Source of the DNA: a virus
Length of the DNA: 64,000 bases
Reading direction: 5' to 3' (one strand)
IMG/VR virus record: IMGVR_UViG_3300050821_009430
Coordinates: 1-64,000 of that record
The notes under the pieces were generated by a model. That model was not told where the DNA came from. It did no database searches and saw only the letters and a program-made list of their open reading frames with translations. The position numbers and the translations under genes are program-made. Shown piece by piece: positions 27,085 through 35,918 of this stretch (positions within the stretch are counted from its first letter, which is position 1; every line of letters starts with the position of its first letter).

Positions 27085-27627
27085 ATGTCAACCCGCGCAT
27101 TATACACCTTCAAAGGGGATGAAGGAAGCTTCAACGTCTACAAACATCATGACGGGTATCCATCCGGCGCAGCGCAAACGCTGAAGACAGCCATTGATTG
27201 GTTTGCGTGGCAGTTGCCACGCTTTGAAGCCGATGAATTTGCGGCGGCTTTCTGTGCCGCCGGGAAAATTGGCTGGGTTAGAACGGCTAAAGAAATAGCC
27301 GAATGGGCACGGGAACACGGCCCCACAAGTTCTACCCGTGCATGGGTTGGCGGTGGCGTCCGTTTGATGCCTGCCGGTGATCCTACGGCAGTCGCTCTCG
27401 CAAACTGTAGCGATATTGAATATCGTTACGAAATCACAGTTGGCACACCACTCCCCAAAGCCATTGAAGGTATTGCCCGCAAGAAGCCGGTTGCGCCGGA
27501 ACTGTTAATCAGAGCCTTCAAAGGAAATTGGTGGGATTCAAAAGCCGAAGAAAACGAAATCTTTAATGGCACATTCACTCGCTTCCATCTTTGGGCGCTT
27601 AAGAAAGACAAAGTTAGAGTAACTTGA
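27085..27627 (+). CDS. Conserved early phage hypothetical protein
   Basis: MSTRA...VYKHHDGYPSG...DIEYRYEI motif; AGGAG RBS. Confidence 0.7.
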   Translation: MSTRALYTFKGDEGSFNVYKHHDGYPSGAAQTLKTAIDWFAWQLPRFEADEFAAAFCAAGKIGWVRTAKEIAEWAREHGPTSSTRAWVGGGVRLMPAGDPTAVALANCSDIEYRYEITVGTPLPKAIEGIARKKPVAPELLIRAFKGNWWDSKAEENEIFNGTFTRFHLWALKKDKVRVT

Positions 27628-27868
27628 TCATGCCCGAAACCATTCATTTGCACTGGCTCTTTGCGGTTCCTGGGTGCACTGGAGGTGTAGCTGGTTTACG
27701 CGGGGTTACGCTCGGCACATCTATCTGTGGCAAATACAATTTACCGCGTAACGAACTGACGGCGTTTATAGACGATGCCACCTGTGAACGCTGTCTAGAG
27801 ATAGCAGATCAACCACCGAAGCCTCAACGGATGCCCCGTGAAAGGCTTCTCAAAAAAGGAACTTGGCT

Positions 27869-28744
27869 ATGAAACTCTCAGAGAGAGCTATGCTCTCAAC
27901 ACTTCATCGAGGCATGTGGTCAGGATCAAAGCACGACCAGCAAGTCACCGAAGATACCGCCGAGGCGCATAAGGTCGATACCAAAGAAGCCGGGCGCTAC
28001 AGCAAGCAACTCATCTCACGTAAGTTCCTGTCCAAAGTTGCCAGCAAGATGACAGTAGCGCGTCAGACCCACCGCATTCTCACGTTGCCTTGGGATGACG
28101 AAGGGACGCGCATCCTGAGCGCCCAAGGCTACCTGCACTATACGCAAGTCATGCGAACCTGCCGTTTGGGTGTTGAAAGCGCTGCCGGTGAGTTCTTGAA
28201 GAACTATCCGGATCATATCCGGGTAGCCAAAACCCTGTTGGGCAATATGTTCAACAGTGAAGATTATCCTTCCGCTGAAGAACTTAAGAAAAAGTTTTAT
28301 CTCGACGTTGAGATAAAGCCAATTCCAGAAGCCGGTGACTTCCGCACCAAGCTTGCCAACAACACCGTAAAGGCCATAGCGGACGACATTGAGCGCCGCA
28401 CCAACGAGCGCATTGAAGCCGCAGTCAAGGATGTGTTCCAACGCATCGTTGACGTGACGGGCAAGATGGCTGAACGGCTTGGCAGCTACGAACCGTCACA
28501 GGGGGAAGGGAAAGCCAGCGGGTTGTTCCGCGATAGTCTTATCTATAATGTTAAAGAATTGGCTGACCTGTTGCCATCTCTCAATATTGTGGATGACCCA
28601 CGGTTGGATGGCTTAGCCAAGCAGTTGAATGCTGATCTTGTGCAGCACTCGCCTGAGATACTTCGAACTGACGCCAAGATCAGGAAGCAAACGGCTCTGA
28701 AAGCCGATAAAATATTCAAGAAGGTAAGCACTTATCTTGCTTAA
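27869..28744 (+). CDS. DUF3150-like protein
   Basis: TLPWDDEGTRIL, LGNMFNSEDYPSAEEL..KF, FRDSL, LLPSLNIVDDPRL; neighbours the AAA and VWA genes. Confidence 0.65.
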   Translation: MKLSERAMLSTLHRGMWSGSKHDQQVTEDTAEAHKVDTKEAGRYSKQLISRKFLSKVASKMTVARQTHRILTLPWDDEGTRILSAQGYLHYTQVMRTCRLGVESAAGEFLKNYPDHIRVAKTLLGNMFNSEDYPSAEELKKKFYLDVEIKPIPEAGDFRTKLANNTVKAIADDIERRTNERIEAAVKDVFQRIVDVTGKMAERLGSYEPSQGEGKASGLFRDSLIYNVKELADLLPSLNIVDDPRLDGLAKQLNADLVQHSPEILRTDAKIRKQTALKADKIFKKVSTYLA

Positions 28745-28778
28745 GCAACCCCAACCCCGCACTAAAGGATATTTAGAT

Positions 28779-29180
28779 ATGGGCCTAGATATGTACCTAC
28801 GCGGTGAGAAGTTCTTTTGGACTGATTGGGAAAAGCCTGCGAACAACCGCATGGAAGATAGCTTCAAAGTCAGCTCTCTAGAACTTGAATTGGGCTACTG
28901 GCGCAAGCATCCAAATCTGCATGGTTATATTGTCCAAACCTTTGCGGGTGGCAAGGATGAATGCCAAAAGATAGAGTTGGATCAAAACCGGCTCCACCAA
29001 TTGGTGGTGGCTATACGGGAAAACCAACTGCCACTCACCGAAGGATTTTTCTTTGGTGTCAGTGAGAAGTCCAAAAAGCAGGATGCGGAAGATCTTGGGA
29101 TTCTTGCCAAGGCCATTGCTTGGCTTGGCACAGAAGAAAAAGGTGTCTCCCGAACTGTTTACTACCATGCTTCTTGGTAA
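28779..29180 (+). CDS. Conserved phage hypothetical protein
   Basis: MGLDMYL...YWRKHPNLHGYIV...LPLTEGFFFG...YYHASW family signature. Confidence 0.75.
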   Translation: MGLDMYLRGEKFFWTDWEKPANNRMEDSFKVSSLELELGYWRKHPNLHGYIVQTFAGGKDECQKIELDQNRLHQLVVAIRENQLPLTEGFFFGVSEKSKKQDAEDLGILAKAIAWLGTEEKGVSRTVYYHASW

Positions 29181-29211
29181 ATCACCACTCTAACCCAAAG
29201 GAAACTAAGCT

Positions 29212-30204
29212 ATGACTGAGACAATCAAAACAGCCCGTGATCTTTGCAAGTTCTATATGGGTCAGAATATTCCTGTCCTTGTTAGTGGGCCGCCCGGCGT
29301 CGGCAAGAGCGATATGTGGCTGCAAATTGCCCAAGAGACGAACCGTGGCTTCATCGATCTGCGCTTGGGTATGATGGACCCGACCGACCTTCTTGGCTTG
29401 CCAAGCGTTCACGAGGGCACCACGCGGTGGAACCGCCCGGCATGGTTCCCGGATGAGAAACGGGATGGCAAACAAGGCATCATCTTATTTGACGAGATTG
29501 CCGATATTGGCCGTGCCATGCAAAGCGCAGCCTATCAGTTGATCCTTAACGGCAGGGCTGGCCCGCATGTTCTTGGCGATGGATGGTACCGTTGCGCGGC
29601 AGGCAACCGACGCGAGGACCGTGCCGCCGCACAGGCCATGTCTACGGCATTGGCGAACCGTTTCGCCCACATTGACATTGTGTCGGATGTGGATGCTTTC
29701 ATTGAGTGGTGCAACAGGAACGATATTGACCCGCTAATCCCCGGTTTTATCCGGTTCAGGCCAAACCTGTTGCACAGCATGGAGGGGGCTGATCTCAGAG
29801 CCTTCCCTACCCCCCGTGCCTGGGCACGCGTCGCCAAATGTGTGCAAGCAGATGCCTCAATGCGCTTCCGTTTGGTGCAAGGCTTGGTAGGGGAAGGCCC
29901 TGCCGGCGAATTTGAGGTCTACATGCGTGGCCTTGACCTGCCATCGCTGGAAGACATCCTGGCCGATCCGAAGCGTTGCCCCATCCCCAAATCGCCCTCG
30001 AGTAAATATGCCCTAAGCTCCATGCTGGCGCGCTACGCCAAGCGTGACAACTTCGGCAAGATTGTCACCTACATTTCACGGCCTGATTTTGGCCGTGATT
30101 TTGAGACCGTGACAGCATTGGATGCCACCAAGCGGGATTCGTCACTGTGCGATACCAAAGCCTGGATTGAGTGGGCCAATAGAAACAATGATCTTCATCT
30201 GTGA
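29212..30204 (+). CDS. MoxR-type AAA+ ATPase
   Basis: GPPGVGKS, DPTDLLGLP, ILFDEI, AAGNR, ALANRF, FPTPRAW. Confidence 0.9.
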   Translation: MTETIKTARDLCKFYMGQNIPVLVSGPPGVGKSDMWLQIAQETNRGFIDLRLGMMDPTDLLGLPSVHEGTTRWNRPAWFPDEKRDGKQGIILFDEIADIGRAMQSAAYQLILNGRAGPHVLGDGWYRCAAGNRREDRAAAQAMSTALANRFAHIDIVSDVDAFIEWCNRNDIDPLIPGFIRFRPNLLHSMEGADLRAFPTPRAWARVAKCVQADASMRFRLVQGLVGEGPAGEFEVYMRGLDLPSLEDILADPKRCPIPKSPSSKYALSSMLARYAKRDNFGKIVTYISRPDFGRDFETVTALDATKRDSSLCDTKAWIEWANRNNDLHL

Positions 30205-30213
30205 GGTTCAGCC

Positions 30214-30960
30214 ATGCAATGCTCAGAATGTCGCTTTTTTAAGGGACCAACCCCCAGGACTGATCGCGGTGGTTACTGCCACCGCTTCCCACCACAAATA
30301 ATCTATGAAAGCTACAACAACGAAAATCACGGTCAAATCACTCAGCATTTCCCTTGGATGGAAAATACTGAATGGTGTGGCGAGTTCCGTTCAATGGTAG
30401 ACCCAAGGATATAAAATGAGCGAGCCAAAGTATCCAGATATCAAAGTCAAGCTCGTGGGTAACAACGGCAACGCTTTTGCTGTTCTTGCCAACGTGGCCG
30501 GGGCCTTGAAGAAGGCCAAGGTGCCTACCGAGGAAGTGGCCAAGTTCTATCAGGAAGCCACGGGCGGCAATTACGATCACCTTTTAGCAACCTGCATGAA
30601 ATGGGTGGATGTATCATGAAGCTTGTCACACAAACCGATCTTGAAGACCTTGCTCTGCTGCTGGAAGACCTTGTCAAGCGGTTGCCCAAGATGAAGCGTG
30701 AGGAACGCATTGACGTGGCCGCGCGTGTTCGCACCGCAGCCAAGCATCTTGAAGCCATAGATAAAATAGTCAAGGACGAAGTCAAGGAAGTGCGAAAAGG
30801 TAAGGAAGGCTACGTCAACGGCGAAACCTGGAAGGCCAAGCTCTCACTGGTGTCGGTCACACGTCTGGATCAGAAAGCCCTCAAGGAAGTCAAACCCAAT
30901 ATCTGGAATGAATTTGCCAAGGACAATGAGGATCAGCGCGTCTCATTTGAGCCACGATAA
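30214..30960 (+). CDS. Three small conserved phage proteins (30214-30414 CxxC/C type; 30416-30619; 30616-30960)
   Basis: CSECRFF...CHRFPP...WCGEF; VKLVGNNGNAF...GNYDHLL; TRLDQKALKE motifs. Confidence 0.6.
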
Positions 30961-30972
30961 GGGAGAAGGACC

Positions 30973-32184
30973 ATGGTCAACAAAAAAGCATTTGATGCTG
31001 TTATACGAGCACGTACCATTTTAGTGGTAGGGCAACCTTTTTTCGGCACGCTCGCCCTGCATCTGAATGTAGTGGAGGTTACCAATCCGGCTCAGGTCAA
31101 TACCATGGCCGTGGACGGCGTGAACCTCTATTTCTATGCACCGTTTGTTCTTGGGCTGAGTGAAGAGGAAATTGTTGGTGTCATTGCCCACGAAACGATG
31201 CACTGCGCCTATAGCCACTTCTCGAGACGTGGGCACCGCGATGCCCGCAAGTTCAATATTGCCGGTGACTTTAGAATTAACGACGACCTGAGAAAAGTTC
31301 CATTTACATTGCCAATGAAGCCAATCAATCTCAAACAATTGATGGCCGGCGAACAGGGTCATTTGTACGATCCCCAATTTGCCAATATGAGCACCGAAGA
31401 GATCTATGAAAAGATACCTGACCCGCCGCAAGCCCCGCAAGGGGGCAGGGGGCTTGATGACGGCGGCTGTGGGGCCGTGCTTGATGCAGGCAGTGGCGCG
31501 GCTGATGGCCCTGACAAGGCCAGTGCTGAGCAAATAGCCCATGAATGGCAGGCTAACGTGCGTATGGCTGTCAGCGTGGCCCGTGCCGCCAATGCGGGCA
31601 GCACACCGGGCTACCTTGAGCGGCTAGTCACGCAATTGAAGCGCCCCAAGGTTTCATGGCGTGACCTGACCCGGCAGTTCATTGACCAGTCAATGACCAC
31701 TGATTACAGCTACCGCAAGCCTAACCGCCGTCACATTGCCAGCGGTTTGATCCTGCCCGGCAGCGTGCCCGATGCTTTGCACGAACTGGTCATGTTCGTT
31801 GACTGCTCAGGCAGTATCAGCGACGAAATGATGCACAGTTATGTCAGCGAAGTGGCCGGTGCATTGGACGACGGAACAGCCGATAAGCTGTGGGTTGTCT
31901 ACGCCGATGACGGGGTGCGGCATGTGGACGAGTACATGCCGGGTGACGTCGTGAAGTGCAAAACACTTGGGGCCGGTGGTACTAACTTCGATGACAGCTT
32001 CAAATGGCTTGTGAAGAATGCCCCCGATGCCGCCTGCGCTATTTACCTCACCGACATGGAAACTGGATCGTTCGGCCAGGACCCCGGTATCCCAACTATG
32101 TGGGGGTGCTATTCGACCGAAGAAAGACTAAAATCAATCAAGCCACCATTCGGAACTCTTATCTTGGTGGAAGGCCCTCACTAA
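30973..32184 (+). CDS. Metallopeptidase-like (HExxH) plus VWA domain protein (DUF2201-like)
   Basis: TMAVDG, AHETMH, NIAGD..IN, EEIY, VSWR; MIDAS DCSGS, GGTNF, YLTD. Confidence 0.85.
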   Translation: MVNKKAFDAVIRARTILVVGQPFFGTLALHLNVVEVTNPAQVNTMAVDGVNLYFYAPFVLGLSEEEIVGVIAHETMHCAYSHFSRRGHRDARKFNIAGDFRINDDLRKVPFTLPMKPINLKQLMAGEQGHLYDPQFANMSTEEIYEKIPDPPQAPQGGRGLDDGGCGAVLDAGSGAADGPDKASAEQIAHEWQANVRMAVSVARAANAGSTPGYLERLVTQLKRPKVSWRDLTRQFIDQSMTTDYSYRKPNRRHIASGLILPGSVPDALHELVMFVDCSGSISDEMMHSYVSEVAGALDDGTADKLWVVYADDGVRHVDEYMPGDVVKCKTLGAGGTNFDDSFKWLVKNAPDAACAIYLTDMETGSFGQDPGIPTMWGCYSTEERLKSIKPPFGTLILVEGPH

Positions 32185-32839
32185 CATGTATCCATGCAGT
32201 CCGTTTCCATATTGCATAAATTGCAGTAACAGATATTCCAAATTCCTGCGCTAACATAGGTCCACTCTTTTTACTCATATAAATATATCTAACCTGATTA
32301 AGCGTCAATTTAATATTTTGACGGGTTTTCTTATCTTTGTGGTAAGTATGATAACCTTGAACACATGCAGTGCCGTTCGGGCATTTACATTTACTGCCAA
32401 GTTTTAATTTTCTGGTTTCCCGCTTCCAAATTTGTTTAGTTCGAATATCATAAATCGTGTCATAACTTACCCCATATTGGGTGCTTAATTTTCTCATACA
32501 TGCGTTTTTGGCTATAAAAATTTCCTTCACTTTTTTAGTGGTCAAAATGTTTCCACCAGAAGATTCGCCGTGTACTTGAGAACCATTAACAATTCTATCT
32601 TTGCTATTCTGTTCATGAAGAATGCACTCAACATTCCAAGGGGCATAAGGGCCTTTGTCGCCCTTGCGGGCCATCACATATCGGCCCCGTCCCCGCCCAC
32701 GTTTCTTCATCCAATTATAGCCTAAATGATCCTCCCACCACTCAACCCATTCTTCAAAAGTAAATTTCCATACTATATTTCGTTCAAAAGCGGTTTGCCG
32801 TTGTTCTCTAAAACGTTGTTTTACTAAGTTAATACCCAT
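32159..32839 (-). CDS. Free-standing His-Me finger (HNH-type) homing endonuclease-like protein
   Basis: FTFEEWVEWW...RG...YVMARKGDKGPYAPWNVECI...N, then two HTH repeats (LT..V..I...L...GVS/GIS...I..I...W). AT-rich and antisense to its neighbours; GAGG RBS at 32839. Confidence 0.7.
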   Translation of the reverse strand: MGINLVKQRFREQRQTAFERNIVWKFTFEEWVEWWEDHLGYNWMKKRGRGRGRYVMARKGDKGPYAPWNVECILHEQNSKDRIVNGSQVHGESSGGNILTTKKVKEIFIAKNACMRKLSTQYGVSYDTIYDIRTKQIWKRETRKLKLGSKCKCPNGTACVQGYHTYHKDKKTRQNIKLTLNQVRYIYMSKKSGPMLAQEFGISVTAIYAIWKRTAWIHVSEGLPPR

Positions 32840-32840
32840 C

Positions 32841-32877
32841 TTGCTTTCCTCACCGTAAATTAGTATAGTTACTATAC
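32841..32877 (+). promoter_or_regulatory. Promoter with a palindromic operator over the -10
   Basis: TTGCTT-17 nt-TATAGT; GTATAG-TTA-CTATAC at 32863-32877. Confidence 0.55.
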
Positions 32878-32900
32878 CTATAGGCCATAGGAGGCAATAC

Positions 32901-33104
32901 ATGAATTGGTTTGCATTGCAACGCCAACAATGGATTAAAGAAACGATAGAAATATTTGGATTCATTAATAGAGAGCACCTGGAACTAAAATTTGGGATAT
33001 CAACTCCCAAAGCTTCTAAAGACTTGCAAGAATATCAAAAGCTTTATCCTAAAACGATAATTTATAATAAAACATCTAAAAGATATGAAAAAGGGCCACA
33101 CTGA
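32901..33104 (+). CDS. Stand-alone wHTH resembling the N-terminal domain of CapW/BrxR-type WYL regulators
   Basis: R..WI...FGFINREHL..KFGISTPKASKDL..Y....P..I.Y..TSKRY; AGGAGG RBS. Confidence 0.7.
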   Translation: MNWFALQRQQWIKETIEIFGFINREHLELKFGISTPKASKDLQEYQKLYPKTIIYNKTSKRYEKGPH

Positions 33105-33255
33105 GAATTTCATGAGTAAAAACCAGCTTTTCATCATCATGAACTACAATCTGATCTTGATGCAAAACTACCGTGAAAAGCTGGTGGCCTGGAAGGTAGG
33201 AAAAGCCGAGGCCCTGCAATATGGGCTTTAATCCTAATCTTAAGAAACAAATTCC

Positions 33256-33284
33256 TTGACAGCCCTTTCTGCACCACTTATATC
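33256..33284 (+). promoter_or_regulatory. sigma70-type promoter
   Basis: TTGACA-17 nt-TATATC. Confidence 0.65.
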
Positions 33285-33330
33285 CAACCGAATTGGTGCT
33301 GACTGCGGCCAACCCCAGGTGATTGTTCTC

Positions 33331-33933
33331 ATGCAGCCCCACGAAGAACCGGCCCGGCCGCTTGACCTGTCAATACCAGAGGATGGTTCAATACCGGCTT
33401 TTCTGAAACGCCCATTTGAAAACGAAAGTGAGAACGGTGCCATGTGGAACAAGTTGTGGAGTGAACAGCGTAAGGTCTACGCCAGCGACGAAGCCAAGGC
33501 TGCTGCTGAGCCTGAAGCCGAAGCACCGGCCGCAAAGCCCAAACCTGTGAAGGCTGACAAACCGGCCAAAAAGGCAACGGCTAATGGTGCCAGCAAGCCC
33601 AAGGCTGAAGCCAAGGCCAAACCTGCGGCTAAGGCTGCGCCCGCTAAGGCCACTGCAAAGCCTGCCAAGGGCAAAGCCAAGGCTGAGCGTAAACAGGATC
33701 CGGCTAAACTGGACGCCTTTGGCTTCCGCAAAGAGAGCATCAAGTCCAAGGCAGCGGCCCTTTATGCCAAAGGCAAAGGTGCGACGCTGGCAGATGTTAA
33801 GGAAGCGCTTGGCAGCGTGCAATTCAACTTGCTTACGGAACTCAAGGAAAAGGGTTACGAGGTTGAAGAGTCGGAAGTCAAGAACACCAACGGCCGTATG
33901 GTGACCCGTTACAAGATAGTTTCCAAAGATTAA
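33331..33933 (+). CDS. Histone-like (Ala/Lys/Pro-rich) protein with C-terminal wHTH-like domain and N-terminal IPAFLKR peptide
   Basis: KPKPVKADKPAKKA...KPAAKAAPAKA linker; FGFRKESIKSKAAALY..G.GAT...LG...NLL..L..KG domain. The start is 33331 or 33442. Confidence 0.75.
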   Translation: MQPHEEPARPLDLSIPEDGSIPAFLKRPFENESENGAMWNKLWSEQRKVYASDEAKAAAEPEAEAPAAKPKPVKADKPAKKATANGASKPKAEAKAKPAAKAAPAKATAKPAKGKAKAERKQDPAKLDAFGFRKESIKSKAAALYAKGKGATLADVKEALGSVQFNLLTELKEKGYEVEESEVKNTNGRMVTRYKIVSKD

Positions 33934-33957
33934 GTAAGCGTTGCGTCCTGCGTATAG

Positions 33958-33988
33958 GGCCAAGGGCACCCCAGTCCTTGGCCTTTTT
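33958..33988 (+). terminator. Intrinsic terminator
   Basis: GGCCAAGGG-CACCCCAG-TCCTTGGCC-TTTTT. Confidence 0.75.
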
Positions 33989-34014
33989 CAATCCAAACCA
34001 AAAGGAGAAATAAA

Positions 34015-34581
34015 ATGATAGACCTTGCAGCAATTCCCGCTGAACGTCTTGCTATGTTGGACAACGCAAAGCTTTACAACGGTTCGCATGACGGCGGGAC
34101 TGGTGGCCCAGATTGCAAGCATTGTGCCCGTGAATTGCTCTATGAGGTTGTTACTGGTAATCATGCAGATAAAGTGCCGCCCGGATGTTCGGTCATGATT
34201 GGCGTTCTGCCAACATTCAATGATGGCCCTTGGCTCAACGACGATCATCGCACGGAGGTGATGCGTCCCTACCTCAAGAAAATGCTAACCCTTGATCCAG
34301 CAAGGGATGCTGAACGAGTTTTCTATCTGCTCGATCACGTCTACCGAGCCGACCTCCCAACCATCTGCGACCTGTTTAAGGAGGATGAGGCTGCAAAAAA
34401 GTTGCGCGGGTTGGCACCAATCACCAATAACAAATCTGCGCTGCGTGCGCTGGATGCGATGCGTGCGCTGGGTGCGCTGCGTGCGCTGCGTGCGCTGGAT
34501 GCGCTGGGTAAAAAGCAAATCGCCGAAGCGTGGGCCAAGAACTGTACCGACGCCCTCGATCTTATCTGCTCTATTGAATGA
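34015..34581 (+). CDS. Hypothetical protein with an (AL-R/D/G)n tract
   Basis: AAGGAG RBS; GSH...C..E...D.P.C...FND motif. Confidence 0.65.
   Translation: MIDLAAIPAERLAMLDNAKLYNGSHDGGTGGPDCKHCARELLYEVVTGNHADKVPPGCSVMIGVLPTFNDGPWLNDDHRTEVMRPYLKKMLTLDPARDAERVFYLLDHVYRADLPTICDLFKEDEAAKKLRGLAPITNNKSALRALDAMRALGALRALRALDALGKKQIAEAWAKNCTDALDLICSIE
34438..34509 (+). repeat. Eight tandem 9-nt repeats (consensus GCGCTGSRT)
   Basis: gcgctgcgt gcgctggat gcgatgcgt gcgctgggt gcgctgcgt gcgctgcgt gcgctggat gcgctgggt. Confidence 0.9.
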
Positions 34582-34593
34582 TAGGATCAGATC

Positions 34594-35096
34594 ATGATGT
34601 CAAAACCGCTTAACTTTGAAACCGCGCAATCCAGAAACGACTGGATCATTGAGCATGCGGAATATTTCACTACGTGTCGGATGATAAACAGAAAATACAT
34701 CCGCAACGAACATAAAACTCTGGACGAAGCGCGGCGGCATGCCAAAACGATGCTGGCCGAGAACGGCACCAAGCCGGTTCTCATCTACGCGGTACAGGGT
34801 AATTCAGATACCTACATTGAAATGGTCAAGCCCTGATCTCATCCACCCCCAACCAAAGGAACCCAATCATGGCCTACAGAAACGATAAGCCAGAAGTTGT
34901 GACCAAGCTACAACTACAAGGACGAACTAACTCATCTCAACCTTGGGGTATCTATAATACCGTACCACTTGGTCACGAACCGGATGAAAACGAAGGCAAA
35001 GCCTTACGGCGTGCCAAGGCTGAGATTGCCCGGCTTAAGGCCAATTGGCATGATAATTACGATCAAACCATTGAGTTCCGGGTAATTGAGCTATAG
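34594..35096 (+). CDS. Two small hypothetical proteins (34594-34836, 34869-35096)
   Basis: RBS-preceded ORFs in operon orientation. Confidence 0.55.
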
Positions 35097-35435
35097 GCCG
35101 TTGCCCTTATAAGCCACGCTGATGCGGGTTTAGCTGAAAGGGCCACCCACGTAGCCCATGAGCCTGAAGCCTTACCAGCAGTCACCCCAAGCCAGTTATA
35201 CCATGCTTGGCGCTGCGTGCTTCATGGGGTACAGTCATAACCATCAAAGGAGGGCAATCTCCTGCCGCAGCCGCGCGGGGCAACGGGCGAGTGTAGGCCA
35301 CCGGGGTTTTGTCATAGCGGCCCCGGCCAAGCGAGCCACTACAAGTTATCCCTCTGGGCCTTCCTTTGACCGGCGTGGGTCATGACCAGCGAAGGGGTAA
35401 AAGCCCCGCAGTTTCTTTCACAAAAGGAATTAAGG

Positions 35436-35918
35436 ATGATTGAGCATACCGATCCGTTCTATCAGAAAATTGCCAGCACCATTGAACTACACGGTAGACA
35501 GCTACTAGCCATAGGGGCGGGGGCCAAGGAACCGGCATTTGCCTATTCAATAGGAAATCATTTGAAGGGTTTCCCTGAATTGCTTATCATTGGCAACATG
35601 CAGCCTGAAATAGCCCAAAGCATTCTCAATAAATTATCAGATCAAGTAATTGCCGAGAATAAGGCATTCCTCAACGGTGCGCTGGTCAATATTGGGGGCA
35701 AGTTTGATTTGCAGGTGTGGGATACGACCATCATAGCCAAAGTGCAATACACCCTCCAAGCCACTGAGTTCTACCGGCATCAAGAATACGCCGTCCAGCA
35801 AATCATCCTGCCCGATCCAAAAGGGCATTACCCTACCGATAAGCGCTGCCACAAACGCTACCGCGTGCCGGTGCTGCGTAGCACTACAGCCATCATGCAA
35901 TCTCTAAAGATTCACTAG
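35436..35918 (+). CDS. DUF4262-like protein
   Basis: IELHG...PAFAYSIG....GFPELLIIG...ILN...QIILPDPKG.YP. Confidence 0.75.
   Translation: MIEHTDPFYQKIASTIELHGRQLLAIGAGAKEPAFAYSIGNHLKGFPELLIIGNMQPEIAQSILNKLSDQVIAENKAFLNGALVNIGGKFDLQVWDTTIIAKVQYTLQATEFYRHQEYAVQQIILPDPKGHYPTDKRCHKRYRVPVLRSTTAIMQSLKIH

Noticed and set aside
33229-33244. Canonical CtrA box upstream of the histone-like gene promoter
   Set aside because: The TTAA half-sites are 8 nt apart, not 7. I saw no perfect TTAA-N7-TTAA in the intergenic regions inspected by eye.
34438-34509. CRISPR array
   Set aside because: These are 9-nt coding repeats with no spacers, and there are no cas genes in the window.
35103-35145. Hammerhead ribozyme (CTGATG...GAAA)
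   Set aside because: The core reads CUGAUGC rather than CUGAUGA, and stem I cannot form.
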